DNA of 64,000 nucleotides. Source: an uncultured delta proteobacterium (GTDB taxonomy: Bacteria; Desulfobacterota; Desulfobacteria; Desulfobacterales; JAFDCJ01). The stretch lies in contig CAVYNY010000015.1 in NCBI GenBank assembly GCA_963769935.1, forward strand, positions 89,266 to 153,265, given 5' to 3'. The translations under genes and the position numbers were made by a program. The notes under the pieces were generated by a model that was not told where the DNA came from, searched no databases, and saw only the letters and a list, made by a program, of their open reading frames with translations. Shown here in pieces: positions 53,969 to 64,000 of the stretch (the stretch's first letter is position 1; every line of letters begins with the position of its first letter).

Positions 53969-54925
53969 TCTTTCATGAGTTAAATTGGTAGTCCGACAAT
54001 TGCAATAATCTGTTGCTTGTCGGGCATCTTTCCAAAGTGCCTCGAAATGATCCTCATGCATTCTATATAATGGTGTATTGCTTTTTACACCGAAGACAAC
54101 ATTACTTCCACCTCTTCCAGCATAAGTATATTGCTCTATAAAGGCAATGTTGTCTGTAATGATTAAAAAACATGTTGGGGTATCTTGATATAATTTGACC
54201 TCTACTTTATTTCGTTTCATTGCCTTTTCAGAGATCTCCAAGGTTTCAGATATTTTAGCGATTGTCTGCTTGTAAGCGCGTGTATCATCGTAAGGCATTC
54301 CAGGATGTTCGAACTTGGCTCTTGTTTTCAAGCCATCTTTCTCTGGATCAGCAAACAATATTTGTATATGAACATTGCTATTACCACTCATTGCGGCTTC
54401 CATGGCTTCGTGAGGTAAAGATTTACCACCCCAATAGCCACATAGATCCGCTAACGAAATACCCACAATTCTGATTCGGTCCTGCGAATTTTGTATGGCT
54501 TGGGAAACGTCAGTGTGCCAAGCGGTTTCACGTCCATTATAGACTGCTTGAATGCCCACAGAGGTTGCATTTTTCAGCATTCCGCTTGTCATCACAATCT
54601 CCTCACCAATTCTCCCAACTCTTGCCTCGAGGTTATCAAGAAGCACATTTTGTTTCTTAGACGCCTTCTCAAAATCCTTTGCGAGTTTTGAAGTGGCCTC
54701 CCATATAAGACTCTTGCTTGTTAAATACTCAAAAACAAGTCCAACAGCGCCAGCAGCCAAAACACCGGCTCCCAGTTGTTGCAAAATATCAATTAAAAGC
54801 CCGCTCTGAGGAGCGAATGATGATTTGGCAAGTAACATGCTTGCCGACACAAACAGAAGCCCAACAAGAATGCTATAGATCATGATATGTGTGATACGAG
54901 ATTGAGATTCTTCATGCTCTTGCAT
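53921..54925 (-). CDS. Two-TM protein with a coiled coil and a PLD-like (DUF5919-like) C-terminal domain
   Basis: Two TM segments; IRIVGISL, ILFADP, EVKLY and HFEALW motifs. Confidence 0.6.
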   Translation of the reverse strand: MQEHEESQSRITHIMIYSILVGLLFVSASMLLAKSSFAPQSGLLIDILQQLGAGVLAAGAVGLVFEYLTSKSLIWEATSKLAKDFEKASKKQNVLLDNLEARVGRIGEEIVMTSGMLKNATSVGIQAVYNGRETAWHTDVSQAIQNSQDRIRIVGISLADLCGYWGGKSLPHEAMEAAMSGNSNVHIQILFADPEKDGLKTRAKFEHPGMPYDDTRAYKQTIAKISETLEISEKAMKRNKVEVKLYQDTPTCFLIITDNIAFIEQYTYAGRGGSNVVFGVKSNTPLYRMHEDHFEALWKDARQATDYCNCRTTNLTHERSEHENSTDPKGRAGD

Positions 54926-54955
54926 AGTGTACTCCTCACTTTATTCTCTGCTGAT

Positions 54956-55014
54956 TTCGAATGGTTGAACTGCGCCGGCCGGCTTTTTGGGTCTGCACCA
55001 GCGAAGGGTTGGCC
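54956..55014 (-). other. Degenerate attC-like site
   Basis: TTCGAAT...GTTGGCC, 59 bp; just upstream of the gene starting at 54925. Confidence 0.45.
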
Positions 55015-55067
55015 GCTCCCTGTTTCAATTGAATAGCCATCTCAACTGGAATATTCGGCGGAATATT

Positions 55068-56162
55068 AGGGACGGGTATTGATATATTGGCATAATGTCA
55101 GCCCCTTAGCTTGAGTCCCTTTCCTCTAATAATCTTCTCGCCCCGTTTTACCGACTGGCTGGCCGTAGGTTGTGAAATGCCAAGCCTTTTGGAAAGCTCC
55201 AAGGTGCTGATGCCAAGTTCCCGAGCTGCCCAGTAGCATAACACGCTGCGTGCTTCCACCGTATCCGGGTACCGACCCCGGCGGGTTACGATCTCCGGCT
55301 TCAAATTCAATAGGGTTGCCACTTGATCAACTAACCAATTAAAGTCATAGCCTTGGTCCAGATACTGGTAGCGCCGCTCTAACTGCTGCCGGCAGCTTTC
55401 TAAAACCTCTTTCACAAAATCGCCGTCACCTAAGATACGTTCGTCTCCTTTAATCCGGTCTTGCCCCCCGCGCGCTGCTTTGGCCGCCACCCAACCGCCA
55501 AGGCTGCGAATTAGACCGCCTCCAACCAATTCAGGCCTTTTACCGTCTCTAACTCCTTTCTCTACAAATTCGCTGTATGAGCGACGCGCTACAGAGGTCT
55601 TGACACCAAACAGAGACAAAATATATTCCGTGTTTTGCCATTCATTGGGCCATTTGTCCATTAATGCACTGTGGCCTGCATAGCGATAACTCTTCAAGCT
55701 TTTATAATCCGCCACAAGCTTGGCACGCAATGGGTTCAGGTGGATGTAACGGACCAACTCCATTAAATAAGGATCTTCCTGGCAAAGAATCGATTTGTAC
55801 CGATTCTGAAAAAGATGGCCATGACGGCGGTGCCGTCGGTTAAATTGTACAGCATACCCAGTCAAAAGCCTTCTCATGACCACGCTGATCGGCGTAAGAC
55901 CCGTGCGCAGCAACAGGTGGGCGTGATTGGGGATCAAAGCCCATGCAAAACAATCGGTTTGCGTCTCAGTCAACACCTGTCCTAGCCGCTTTAAAAAGGA
56001 ATCACGATCTTCATCGTCCCAGAAGATTTTCCGGCGCTCGATTCCGCGAATTATTATATGGTGCAGCGCACCCGCAGCATCAATTCTGGCTTTTCGTGGC
56101 ATGTCTGTTCCAATAGCCGCAAAACTTCCGTCTGTCAATCAATAAATCAATACCCGTCCCCC
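55068..56162 (-). mobile_element. Full-length Y1/RAYT-type element (transposase CDS 55098..56102)
   Basis: HHIIIRG, PNHAHLL (HUH), GHLFQNRY and YIHLNP motifs; C-terminal HTH; about 20-bp inverted termini. Confidence 0.88.
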
Positions 56163-56169
56163 TACATCC

Positions 56170-57369
56170 CACAAAAAATTGGCCTCAAATATCGGCTCGA
56201 TTACCAGTTTGGTCGCCATCTGGCAAACGCGGTCAAAAATAACCGGAACCCCAAGCGGCCTTTTCTCAGGTTTGCCCGGTTTGTCGATATAGCACCGCAG
56301 CACTGGCTGCGGCCGGTACCGCTCGCTTTTTAATTGCTCGCGGACTTCTGCCAGAAATTGATCCACACCAATTACATCCTCGATGTATTCAAAATCCTGC
56401 CGATCGACTCCAGGTGCACCCTTGTTGGCCTTGACGCGCTTCCAGGCCTCCAATACAACATCTTTACGATAGATCTTATCGTAAAGAGCCCCGAATCTCC
56501 TATCCAGCGACTGCTTCGCTGCATGGGACAGTTTAGACTGCAAGTCAGAAACTTTATTGCGCACGTTCATAGCTCCTTGAGCACTCATGCCTTCTTACTG
56601 TTAACAGATAGAAATGCAACTGGTGTTTAAACCGGTGATGATTCGGGACAGTTCGAGTTCTTGACCCGGTTGTCGCACCGTTCCCCGACGACTGCCGGTT
56701 GGGTTTTGTTAAAGCGGGGTCCCCGTAAACCCGCTCCTTATCCTCACCATCAAATCTATCCACTGTTCCGCATTTCAACTCACACCCTAAACGCGGTCGA
56801 AGTATGGCCCCACGCTCAGAGCAGGTTATGTTGTCCTGCCCGTCATCACTTCCAGGCCACTCCGACTTCCCTACGCCCATCACCTCCATCTTGCCGGTTT
56901 CACCCGACTTGATACAGGCTTACCGCAGGCGGAGACCTGCGGAGACGCTGGGATCTCAGGTCTTTCCTCCATTATCTGTCACCGCATGCCGTTGGCCTTA
57001 CCCCGGGTCCCTACCAGGTGCGCATACCCTTTGCTTCCCTGTTAGCTCTGGCCTTCTCCCAAATTATAGAGGATCGGCGCGTATCCCTGCTTTGCAGGGT
57101 TTATCCCTCAATCGGACTCTCCCAGCTATAGCCGTCCGATCACATCTTACGAGGCTGCACCATTCGCGTGATGCTACGGCCTGCGGTTTTGGCCGGCACC
57201 CCTGACTGGGTAAAACCCGCATGTCCTGCGAGCCGTCTCGGTACCGTGTCGGGGCAAGTTCAGCCCGCGCGTTACCACGCGAACCCGCCCTCTGCCTACA
57301 TATCCATAAGGGCAACTGATATGATAACCTCCTTTCAGGTTACTAGATAATGGTCTCGCGACCTCGTAC
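56170..57369 (-). mobile_element. Group II intron, 5' half (ribozyme region plus truncated RT/maturase)
   Basis: AWKRVKANKGAPGVD and RPLGVP.I.DRV.Q motifs; about 800 nt structured leader starting GTACG; cut off at the Y1 element. Confidence 0.82.
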
Positions 57370-57612
57370 ATAATTAAGATGTGATATACATATAAAGAGC
57401 AACAGGGCAGGAAATCATAGATACTGCTTTTTTTCCTGCATTCAGCTGTTATTGCTCGTCAAGCGTGAGATTTTCCTACGGACCGCTGGCGATAAATCTC
57501 ACTACAGCCTGCCGAGCTTGAGAAAGGACACCTCCCTATCCATAGCAAAATATGCTATGGAACCAGTAGACAAGGGTCTAACATTAATTTTATAGGATTT
57601 AGGAGGTGTCCC

Positions 57613-58629
57613 ATGGAAACATACGCTGGAATTGATTTGCATTCAAGTAATAATTTTATTGGAATCATCGACGGCAACGATAAGAGGCTTTATGGCAAGC
57701 GGCATTGCAACCGGCTGGAGGAAGTCTTGAAGGCGCTGGAACCGTTTAAGGAAAACCTTAAGGCGGTGGTAATCGAATCCACGTTCAATTGGTATTGGAT
57801 GGTCGACGGCCTGCAGGACAATGGCTACGAGGTTCATTTGGCTAATCCCTCGGCAATCAAACAATACGAGGGACTGAAGCATACCGATGATCCCTGGGAT
57901 GCATTTTGGTTGGCGCACATGTACCGCTTGAACCTGCTGGCTGAAGGATACATCTACCCCAAGGAGAATCGAGCGGTAAGGGATTTGTTACGCCGCAGGC
58001 TTTTATTTGTGCGACAGCGAACGGCGCAGATCTTGAGTCTGCAGAGTATGGTCAGCAGAAATCTGGGTTTTAAGATATCCAACAATGAAATCAAGAAACT
58101 GAGCGCCATAGATGTTGCAGATCTGTTCGATTGTCCGGATTTAGTATTGATGGCCACCAACAGTTGGGCGACGATTGAATTTTTGAAGCACATTATTAGA
58201 GGCATTGAAAAGCGTGTCATGTCACAGGCCAAGCTGCGCAAGGAATTTGCAAAGTTGCTTACGATTCCGGGGATAGGCAAGATTTTAGCGCTGACCATCA
58301 TGCTGGAAGTCGGGGATATTGGACGTTTTGCTACAGTTGGTGACTATTCTTCCTACTGTCGATGTGTGCAAAGTAAGAGAATATCCAATGGCAAGAAAAA
58401 AGGTGAGAACAACAAGAAAAATGGCAACAAGTACCTGGCCTGGGCCTATGTGGAGGCGGCCAACTTTGCCAAAAGATATTGTCCCAAGGCACACAGTTTT
58501 TATCAGAGCAAAAAGGCGAGAAGCAAGAATGTGGTAGCAATCAAGGCATTGAGCAACAAGCTGTCTCGGGCCTCTTACTACATCATGCGCGATCAGGTTG
58601 CCTTCGATGAGGACAAGCTATTTAGTTAA
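57613..58629 (+). CDS. IS110-family recombinase/transposase
   Basis: GIDLH, VIES, KHTD..D (DEDD domain); TIPGIG, SYC..SNG, GNKYL.WA..EAA (Tnp20 domain). Confidence 0.92.
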   Translation: METYAGIDLHSSNNFIGIIDGNDKRLYGKRHCNRLEEVLKALEPFKENLKAVVIESTFNWYWMVDGLQDNGYEVHLANPSAIKQYEGLKHTDDPWDAFWLAHMYRLNLLAEGYIYPKENRAVRDLLRRRLLFVRQRTAQILSLQSMVSRNLGFKISNNEIKKLSAIDVADLFDCPDLVLMATNSWATIEFLKHIIRGIEKRVMSQAKLRKEFAKLLTIPGIGKILALTIMLEVGDIGRFATVGDYSSYCRCVQSKRISNGKKKGENNKKNGNKYLAWAYVEAANFAKRYCPKAHSFYQSKKARSKNVVAIKALSNKLSRASYYIMRDQVAFDEDKLFS

Positions 58630-58636
58630 TCGGTTT

Positions 58637-59092
58637 GGGTGCGGCAGTCAACCGGATAAGGGGTTGGTATTCAACCACCAGCTTTGATTGGCAGCTGCCG
58701 CACCCAGCTAATCGATCAAAGTTGATTGCCGATGATACATCGATCGGCCTTAAAAGACACCAATATTTGAGCGACTAAAAAGGCAGGTGCGTATGCGATA
58801 AGAGTTGGAGTGCGGCAGTGAGCCGGTATAGGGGTTGGCACTAAACCATTAGATGTGATTGGCAGCTGCTGCACTCGCCAATAATAACCAGACAGCGATC
58901 GCTTTAGATCTCGATTCGCCTATGCCGTGAGTCCATAAGGGGTTGGCTAATAACCACAAGATTTGTAACACATCCAATTGAACACGGTATGGAACCGAAG
59001 AATTTCTGGGGTCCCAAGCGGACCAGGGGCGGTGTTTTCAAGCCTTGAGCTTAAAACACAAATGCCTTGAGCCTGATGGGTGACTGATGCGG
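58637..59092 (+). ncRNA. Candidate bridge/seekRNA with repeated internal-loop hairpins
   Basis: 69-nt units at 58637..58705 and 58808..58876, and a related unit at 58924..58988, downstream of IS110. Confidence 0.62.
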
Positions 59093-59182
59093 ATCAGAAA
59101 ATACTAACCGTAAGCCAATAAGAAAGAAATAGCGGGCGCGAAAAGGAGAAAAGGCGACACTGGGCTGAGGAGCGCTATAAAC

Positions 59183-59293
59183 TTGATGGATTCCTAAAAA
59201 GCCTGATCTTTATCTTAAGACCATCAGCAGCACAAACCATCGCCTGCGTTCAAAAGCTAACCCAGGAGCACGGGCTTTTTAGGAATCCATCAA
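59183..59293. repeat. 111-bp miniature element with perfect 21-bp TIRs
   Basis: TTGATGGATTCCTAAAAAGCC...GGCTTTTTAGGAATCCATCAA. Confidence 0.75.
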
Positions 59294-59369
59294 TGTCAAT
59301 CAAAAACTGATTTTTTTTGATCAAGGGGGTGTTTTTTCTCTTGACAAGCCCTTTAATGGGCGACCCCCT

Positions 59370-60384
59370 TGTCCATTTTTTATAATATGATCGAACCCGA
59401 GCAGGTGACTTCTGAATAAAGTGTAGATAACTTATCACTGCACTATGAAGTTGTTTAGCCGATGTAATGGACTGCTTTCCAATACCGTTGTTTTTCAGAT
59501 CATTCCAAACCCGTTCATCCGGATTTAATTCCGGAGAATATGGCAGGCAGGAAAAAAAGACGAAACCGATCTTTTATCGAATCGACAAAACGGCTTACCT
59601 TCTTTGCTTTATGTGCGGGATGTCCATCTACTATGAGAAAGACCATACGGTCGACACCATGAATAAGACGCTTGATAAACTCGATAAACCGGGCGGCTCC
59701 CACCCGCCCTTTGACTGTCATAAATCGAAATTCTCCTTGCGCGCTGACGGCCGAAATCAGATTCAATCCGAAGCGCGCCCCTGTACTGCTGACTACCGGC
59801 GTCTTGCCTTTTATTGCCCAGGTGGTTCCAGCATGATGGTCAGATCGGATCCCCGCTTCATCTCCAAAGAAAATCAAGGCCTTATTGCGCCGAGCCAGTG
59901 CTCGAATGCGAGGATATTCCTCTTCCAACCACTTCTGGACCTGTTCAGGTCTTTGCTGGTATGCCCGCCAGACCGGACGCTGAGGCGTCAAACCCAACTG
60001 AACCAGCAAACGGCAGACCGATGCCTTACTCAGTTTAATCCCAAACTTCTGAAAAATGACCTGTCCCACCATCTTGGCGGTCCAAAGCGCAAAGGTGAAC
60101 TTCAGCTGCAAGGGGTTTTTCATGGTTACCGTGTTGTAAACCCATCGAATGGCCTTGGCATCAAGCTTCGGCTTGCGACCTCCTCGCTTTCGAGCATCCA
60201 GCGCTGCCCATCCGCCATTACGATAAAGCGCCAACCATCCGTACATGGTCACTCTGTTGATGCCCAAGGCCTTGGCTACAAGTTCAGGGCTTTGTCCATC
60301 CTGTACGCTGGATACTCCGCGTTTTCGCAGTTCGGTCAATGTCTTGTGAGTAAGTCGTCTTGCATCCATATCTTTCTTTTTCAT
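59370..60384 (-). mobile_element. IS630-family transposase, frameshifted near 59545 and probably 3'-truncated
   Basis: HTH; FGDEAG and [19 protein letters not shown] in the shifted frame. Confidence 0.85.
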
Positions 60385-60611
60385 GGATGCTGTTGTAGCA
60401 TAGTAATTCTAGTTATGTCAATACAATTCTGAGACAGTTAATATTTCTCCTCGACAATATCTGATATAAAGCGCCTTCATATTCGATTCGCCATACACAA
60501 ATCATAGTACCTTATTTGTAAGAAAGAATAGGGTCTCAAATCTTGATTAGTGATTAACTGGCATTTTTTTAATCACAAATCAAGGTTTGACCCTGTTCTT
60601 TTCCCCCTTGA

Positions 60612-62955
60612 TTATACACGCGCCCTCGCTCTTTCTCGCGCCTGAAGCTTGGCCTGCACCTGGGAATATAGCCGCGCTTCCTGATTTTCTTGATCCTTAA
60701 TGCAAACTGCCAATGCATATGGTTCAAGAGTTGCGCTATGAGGTTCTCCCCACGGAAAATCATTTCGGGTGATAACAATAAATAGGCGATTTTTTAGCAG
60801 CTTTGATCGACTATTAAACTGGGTGAATCTCCAATTTGCGGCTTGAACGGTACCTTTTCCGCGGATGCTGCTGCTGATGTTTCGATTGCTTAATTCGGGG
60901 ATATTGTCGTATTCATTCTTTTCAGTTGCCTTATTGAACATTGTTGAAACAACGTTAAGATTTTCGGCAGACAACAAGCTTGAAATCTATCCGACTTGAT
61001 TTATAGGAAACCCGGGTTGATCGCACATAGGGCGTGTAGCTCATACCAATGGAAATTTCGCGCGGACGTCTTCCTTTGCTTAAAAAATCTTCAGGGATAG
61101 GGATTTCATAGAAATGGTGGCTTTTATTGGGGATTTGCCCAGTAGCAACCATGGTTACTTCGTTTTCCAAAGATCTAAATAGAGCGCGCGAATCCACTTG
61201 CCCATAACCACAGATTTTGAGACACATTTCCGGGTCTTCAATAAGCACTCTACATGATTCAGGAATTGTTGCGTGAGAGACAAGTAATGCCCTTATAACA
61301 TCTCTATTGGCTTCAGGGTACACAGATAAAATCGAAGCCGCTAAGTGTGCAATATGGGGCGCAGCCATGCTTGTACCGCTTTCATCGGCCAAGAGTCTGC
61401 CATAAGCAAAATCTCTGCTGGTCGATAACTCACCTAAGCCGCTATTTGAAACTAAAACATTTGCTCCAGCCCGTGTATTAACGGCCCAATTTCCGCCATA
61501 GGAAATTAATTCTGGTTTGATTGCCCCTCCTATTGAATGGCCGCGCCTAGAAAATGGGGAGGGTTGATTATGTCGAGCGATAGGCACTTCAGCCGGATCT
61601 CCTGAGTATCGTTGGCTATTAGTGGTCTGATCATGGCGAGCCAGACTACCCACGGTTATCACGTTAAGTGCTGGAGCTGGCTCCAATATAGCCCACGCGT
61701 CCTCTGCCATGTAGTACGGATATCCTTCTTTCCATTCCAAACCATCTTTTTGGGAACCAGGAACATTTCCTGCCGATACTATAAACAGAACTCCAAGTTC
61801 TCTGGAAAGGGTATCTAAAACGTAGGATAATCCCTTTAAATGGCCCCCAAGATATGGTTTTCGAATATCGCCGAAAGATAAATTGAATATCCTACAACCA
61901 TATGATTCATGAAAATATCTTACGGCCTCATCAATCTGTTTTTCCACAAAACCAGTTGTATTTTCATTATTTTCATCAAGGATTCGTCCACTAAAGATCC
62001 GGAGCCTCGGGGTCAGCTCCCCAGTTTGGATTGCGGTTTCAATATCGCCATAAAGACCCAAGCCGGCAACAAGTGTACCATGTCCATGCTCATCAGTGGC
62101 ATCTTTCCCAGGTAAAAAGCTTTGTGCATCGCCTACTGCCGGGGCAAGATACGGATGCCCTGTTGTCAAACCACTATCCAAAATTACCAAACCTGGAGCA
62201 TTTTCTGGGGGCGGAGGAATTTCTGGAAAATCTTTTATATCTGCAAGTAGCAGACTTAAATCAAGGCCATATTTGGGTGGCAGATCTAAAGTGCGGATAT
62301 CACGATGCTGCAGCATGGCATTGGCCTGCTGAAGATTGCAACGAACACGAAAAAGGCTCAGACCCGGCTGTTTGACACTGTCTATTAAGCCAATACCGTG
62401 TTCTTTTAGCCAAGCTTCAAATTTATTCCACAACCGAACACGTTCGTCCTGACGGTCCTCAATCGGCCATAGCTCAATATCTATGATAAAAGGCTCTTGT
62501 TCAGGAAACCCTTCCGAGGCTAATGCCCAGCCAGTACGGTCCACAGGGCTCCATCGGTCAATGCTTTGAAGAGCATAAAGCACTTGTTTATACTTTACAT
62601 CCTCTCCACCTGCCAATGAAGCCAGCCGGGCCTCAAAAGATTCGAGTGCAGCTGTACTTACGAATGCAACTATGATTTCGTCACCTTCCTGGCTGACAAA
62701 TTCGATTTCAGGAGAGATATTCCTCAGCGTGTCTGGATCAAACCCCTTATTTACAGTAAACCGAAATAAGCGTCGGTCATCAAACCCTCCGATATCCTCA
62801 TCTGTTTGATCTATTGCACTTCCGAGACGATCTATGAGCATTCGTCCGTGCGCAGGAGGATCGGCCGGCGGTACAAAAAATGGTCTTCCTCCAGGTCTCT
62901 TTTCGGTAACTGGTTCTTCACGCCTAAGGGGCAAGTGCGGAAAGGATTCCTCCAT
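60612..62955 (-). CDS. ietS: S8 subtilase-like peptidase (IetS-like), one frameshift near 60970
   Basis: ILDSG, HGHGT, SAGN and SGTSMAAP motifs; tail continues in ORF 60612..60977. Confidence 0.82.
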
Positions 62956-62961
62956 GTTATA

Positions 62962-63957
62962 TTAGCTCCATTTCAATCGGGCCTTTCTAGCATCTTCCCT
63001 GCGTATTGCCGACTGAATATGACGTTCGCTCAAAAATTCGTTTCCTGAAAGGACCATATCTTTTGCCGCACGGCGCAAAACCCTTTCCACGTCAGCATGA
63101 CTCATGCCTTTCAATTGGCTAACAAATGCAGCCTCCTCAATTTCAAAATTTCGTCTTAAGCCTTTCAATTTTACTGATAGCAGGCGACGCAACTGCTCAA
63201 TATTTGGCAGATCAAAAATCAACACTTCATCAAAACGACGCCAAACCGCTGAGTCCAAAATTTGATCATGATTAGTTGCTGCAATCAAAAGGCTTTTTCC
63301 CTCAAAACCATCCAACATCTGCAGAAAGGCATTTACAACTCGCTTTAATTCGCCATGCTCCGCTGCATCATCTCGCTCCTTTCCTAAAGCATCGAATTCG
63401 TCAAAAAGAACCACCATCGGAACTGATGATATAAAATCGAATACTTGCCGCAAATTGGATGCAGTTTCGCCAAGATATGATGAAACGACACTATCAATTC
63501 GAACAATCGATAAAGGGAGACCAAGCTCGCTAGCAACGACTTCTGCTGTTAAGGTTTTACCACATCCAGGTGGTCCACAAAAAAGCAGCCTATCAACGGG
63601 GTATAAACCATAGCTTTTTAAAACTTCAGATTTGTGAAGTTCCTGAAGAATTTCTTCCAAAAGCGAGCTGTTTTCGTCTGATAAGACCACGTCTTCCAAT
63701 CTCCTTGTTGGCTCTTTTATAAACAGGAGTGGAATTCCTCGCTCTCGATCTTTAGGCAAATTATCATTCAATAAAAAGGGAAGTTTTTTTACTGAATTAG
63801 CACGGCCGTATAGAATTTTTTCAAGATCATTAGCTAACAGATGGTGATTTTTTGAGCGTTCTTCACGAATAACCTCTTCAGATACTTGCCGAAAAGCTTC
63901 ATGATTTCCCTCAGAACCTGTTTTTATAAGCTGTCTTAGCAATTTCCCTGATGCCAT
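62962..63957 (-). CDS. ietA: AAA ATPase (IetA-like)
   Basis: GPPGCGKT, SYLGETA.NL, FDEFDA, GELKRVVN and AVWRRFD motifs; 6 bp upstream of the S8 gene. Confidence 0.85.
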   Translation of the reverse strand: MASGKLLRQLIKTGSEGNHEAFRQVSEEVIREERSKNHHLLANDLEKILYGRANSVKKLPFLLNDNLPKDRERGIPLLFIKEPTRRLEDVVLSDENSSLLEEILQELHKSEVLKSYGLYPVDRLLFCGPPGCGKTLTAEVVASELGLPLSIVRIDSVVSSYLGETASNLRQVFDFISSVPMVVLFDEFDALGKERDDAAEHGELKRVVNAFLQMLDGFEGKSLLIAATNHDQILDSAVWRRFDEVLIFDLPNIEQLRRLLSVKLKGLRRNFEIEEAAFVSQLKGMSHADVERVLRRAAKDMVLSGNEFLSERHIQSAIRREDARKARLKWS

Positions 63958-64000
63958 AGTTTCCCTTTCCTATTTCCCATCAGATTTTTGCAATGGGCAT

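Noticed and set aside
56139..56588. Retron, DGR or defence reverse transcriptase
   Set aside because: The sequence has group II intron RT0-RT2 motifs with an upstream ribozyme-like leader and is truncated before YADD.
58637..58988. CRISPR array
   Set aside because: Only 2-3 degenerate 69-nt units, variation lies inside the units, and there are no cas genes; better explained as IS110 ncRNA.
1..64000. tRNA, rRNA, riboswitch or integron integrase
   Set aside because: None recognisable by eye; a covariance-model or HMM scan would be needed to exclude them.

Overview
Bacterial window; gene content and intergenic repeat types suggest a Desulfobacterota-like genome (inference). 1-15.6 kb is metabolic: the end of a group 3d [NiFe]-hydrogenase operon (hoxY, hoxH, maturation protease) and a divergent sugar/polyol locus (ABC transporter, DhaK/DhaL, M29 peptidase, FGGY kinase, SgcQ/BtpA, aldo-keto reductase). 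From about 15.6 kb to the end is a decayed accessory region. Most genes there are on the minus strand, and many are bounded by complete or half attC-like sites, so it reads as an integron cassette array with no integrase in the window. It also carries toxin-antitoxin modules (VapBC, duplicated YefM-YoeB, MazEF), IS1634, IS1182, IS21 and IS630 elements or remnants, a truncated group II intron, a family of Y1/RAYT-type transposase elements with inverted-repeat ends, an IS110 element and an IetAS-type defence pair. The best leads are: (1) an IS110 whose downstream non-coding region holds tandem, co-varying internal-loop hairpins, a candidate multi-guide bridge/seekRNA; (2) an MGMT gene missed by the ORF track, with in-frame UGA at the catalytic Cys and a SECIS-like hairpin; (3) RAYT-like elements that repeatedly sit at or truncate attC sites. 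Several single-base frameshifts may be sequencing errors. All product calls come from motif recognition, not database searches.
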